Both the position numbers and the translations under genes were made by a program. Shown in pieces: positions 19,300 to 20,066 of a stretch of 20,066 nt of DNA. Location of the stretch: contig NIVC01001168.1 of NCBI GenBank assembly GCA_002269645.1, positions 1 to 20,066 on the forward strand, read 5' to 3'. The stretch is from Macrostomum lignano. Taxonomy: Eukaryota. Below the pieces are notes generated by a model. The model did no database searches. It had not been told where the DNA came from and worked only from the letters and a program-made list of their open reading frames with translations. Every line of letters starts with the position of its first letter. The first letter of the stretch is position 1.

Positions 19300-19977
19300 G
19301 ACAGAATACTCTCAAGTCGCAATCAGATAGCTCGTAGTAGGACAGTAGTTGAATTCCTTACTGAACTGTCAAGGCTTAACGTTATCAGAGAAGGCTATAA
19401 AAAGTTAGTGCCATGGGATGGCTACTGACCCGTCTTTGTAGAAATTAATGAGACAGGAATTTGCTAATGGCGGATTGAGCTCGATACACAACCATGTGGC
19501 AAGGTGCGTGACAACCGGGTGCCAGTCGTCGTTACTTTCAAGCTTGCTACCACCGTAGGTGTATTCTGTCCCATACCAGACCACCCTCCTAGCTTCCGGT
19601 CTACCCCAGTTTGATGGTGGAAGGACAGCGGGTATACCTCCTCCATGAGGATTTTGGTGAGTTTAGCCTCATTAGCCTTCATTAGGGATAAATCTGATCT
19701 TGCAGTTTGGAACTGGTTGGTAAGTTTTGTCATCTGATAAGTCTGGCTTTGAGATTGAGAAATGTGACTCTTTCAGAACAGGCCTGGGCTCACCATCCTG
19801 GACGCCGACCGAAGGTTCTTCGTCAAGAGTGTGCTGATGCTGCATACGAGACGACGCTTGAATGGACGACGCAGCAACAGACCGGTCGGTGCCAGTTGAA
19901 GTACGGTTGTTGGCTTTTTTAGTGACCGGTGGCGAGTCGGTTTCACGTGCCCTCTTACTGTTAGTCTCAATTTCCAT
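19300..19977 (-). pseudogene. Intronless AlkB-family (ALKBH2/3-like, 2OG-FeII_Oxy_2) dioxygenase remnant with a LINE-ORF1-like N-terminus
   Basis: In frame with the ATG at 19977: RRVVWYGTEYTYGGSKLESNDDWHPVVTHLATWLCIELNPPLANSCLINFYKDGSVAIPWH (19590-19408). After an 18-nt in-frame stretch containing TAA comes SDN, restoring the HxD motif; ITLSL..SVR follows in another frame. This matches AlkB WYG-x-x-Y-x-Y-(S/G)G, W-x-P, NSCLxNxYxDG, WHSD and SLG-x-x-R. Confidence 0.88.
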
Positions 19978-20066
19978 TTTCAATAAATTGTTAATAAGAT
20001 TAATATACAAGATAAAGCCTTAAAACGGTAGGCTAATTAAAACTTAAAACTTAAAACTAAATTAAT

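Overview
Eukaryotic (invertebrate-like) genomic DNA, mostly transposon debris and simple repeats; nothing prokaryotic is visible. Main content: (1) the 5' part of a decayed Jockey/I-group LINE on the minus strand (gag-like ORF1 plus start of the APE endonuclease, 1-~1900); (2) a four-exon minus-strand gene (4601-6848) with canonical GT-AG introns, encoding a ~540 aa DUF4806/BEN-like protein and broken by one 1-nt frameshift; (3) several non-autonomous DNA elements (three hAT-type, including two copies of a Charlie-like family carrying long GA tracts, two other MITEs, and Helitron-like GTCT/GT elements); (4) one isolated, internally deleted exon of a KDM3/JMJD1 JmjC demethylase (13697-13841); (5) a disrupted, intronless AlkB-family 2OG-Fe(II) dioxygenase behind a LINE-ORF1-like N-terminus (19977 to ~19300), which the ORF track misses; (6) 14-, 23-, 24-, 28- and 51-bp tandem repeats. 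Most long ORFs in the track over GA, GTCT and GT repeats are artefacts. Family assignments come from motif recognition by eye, not database searches.
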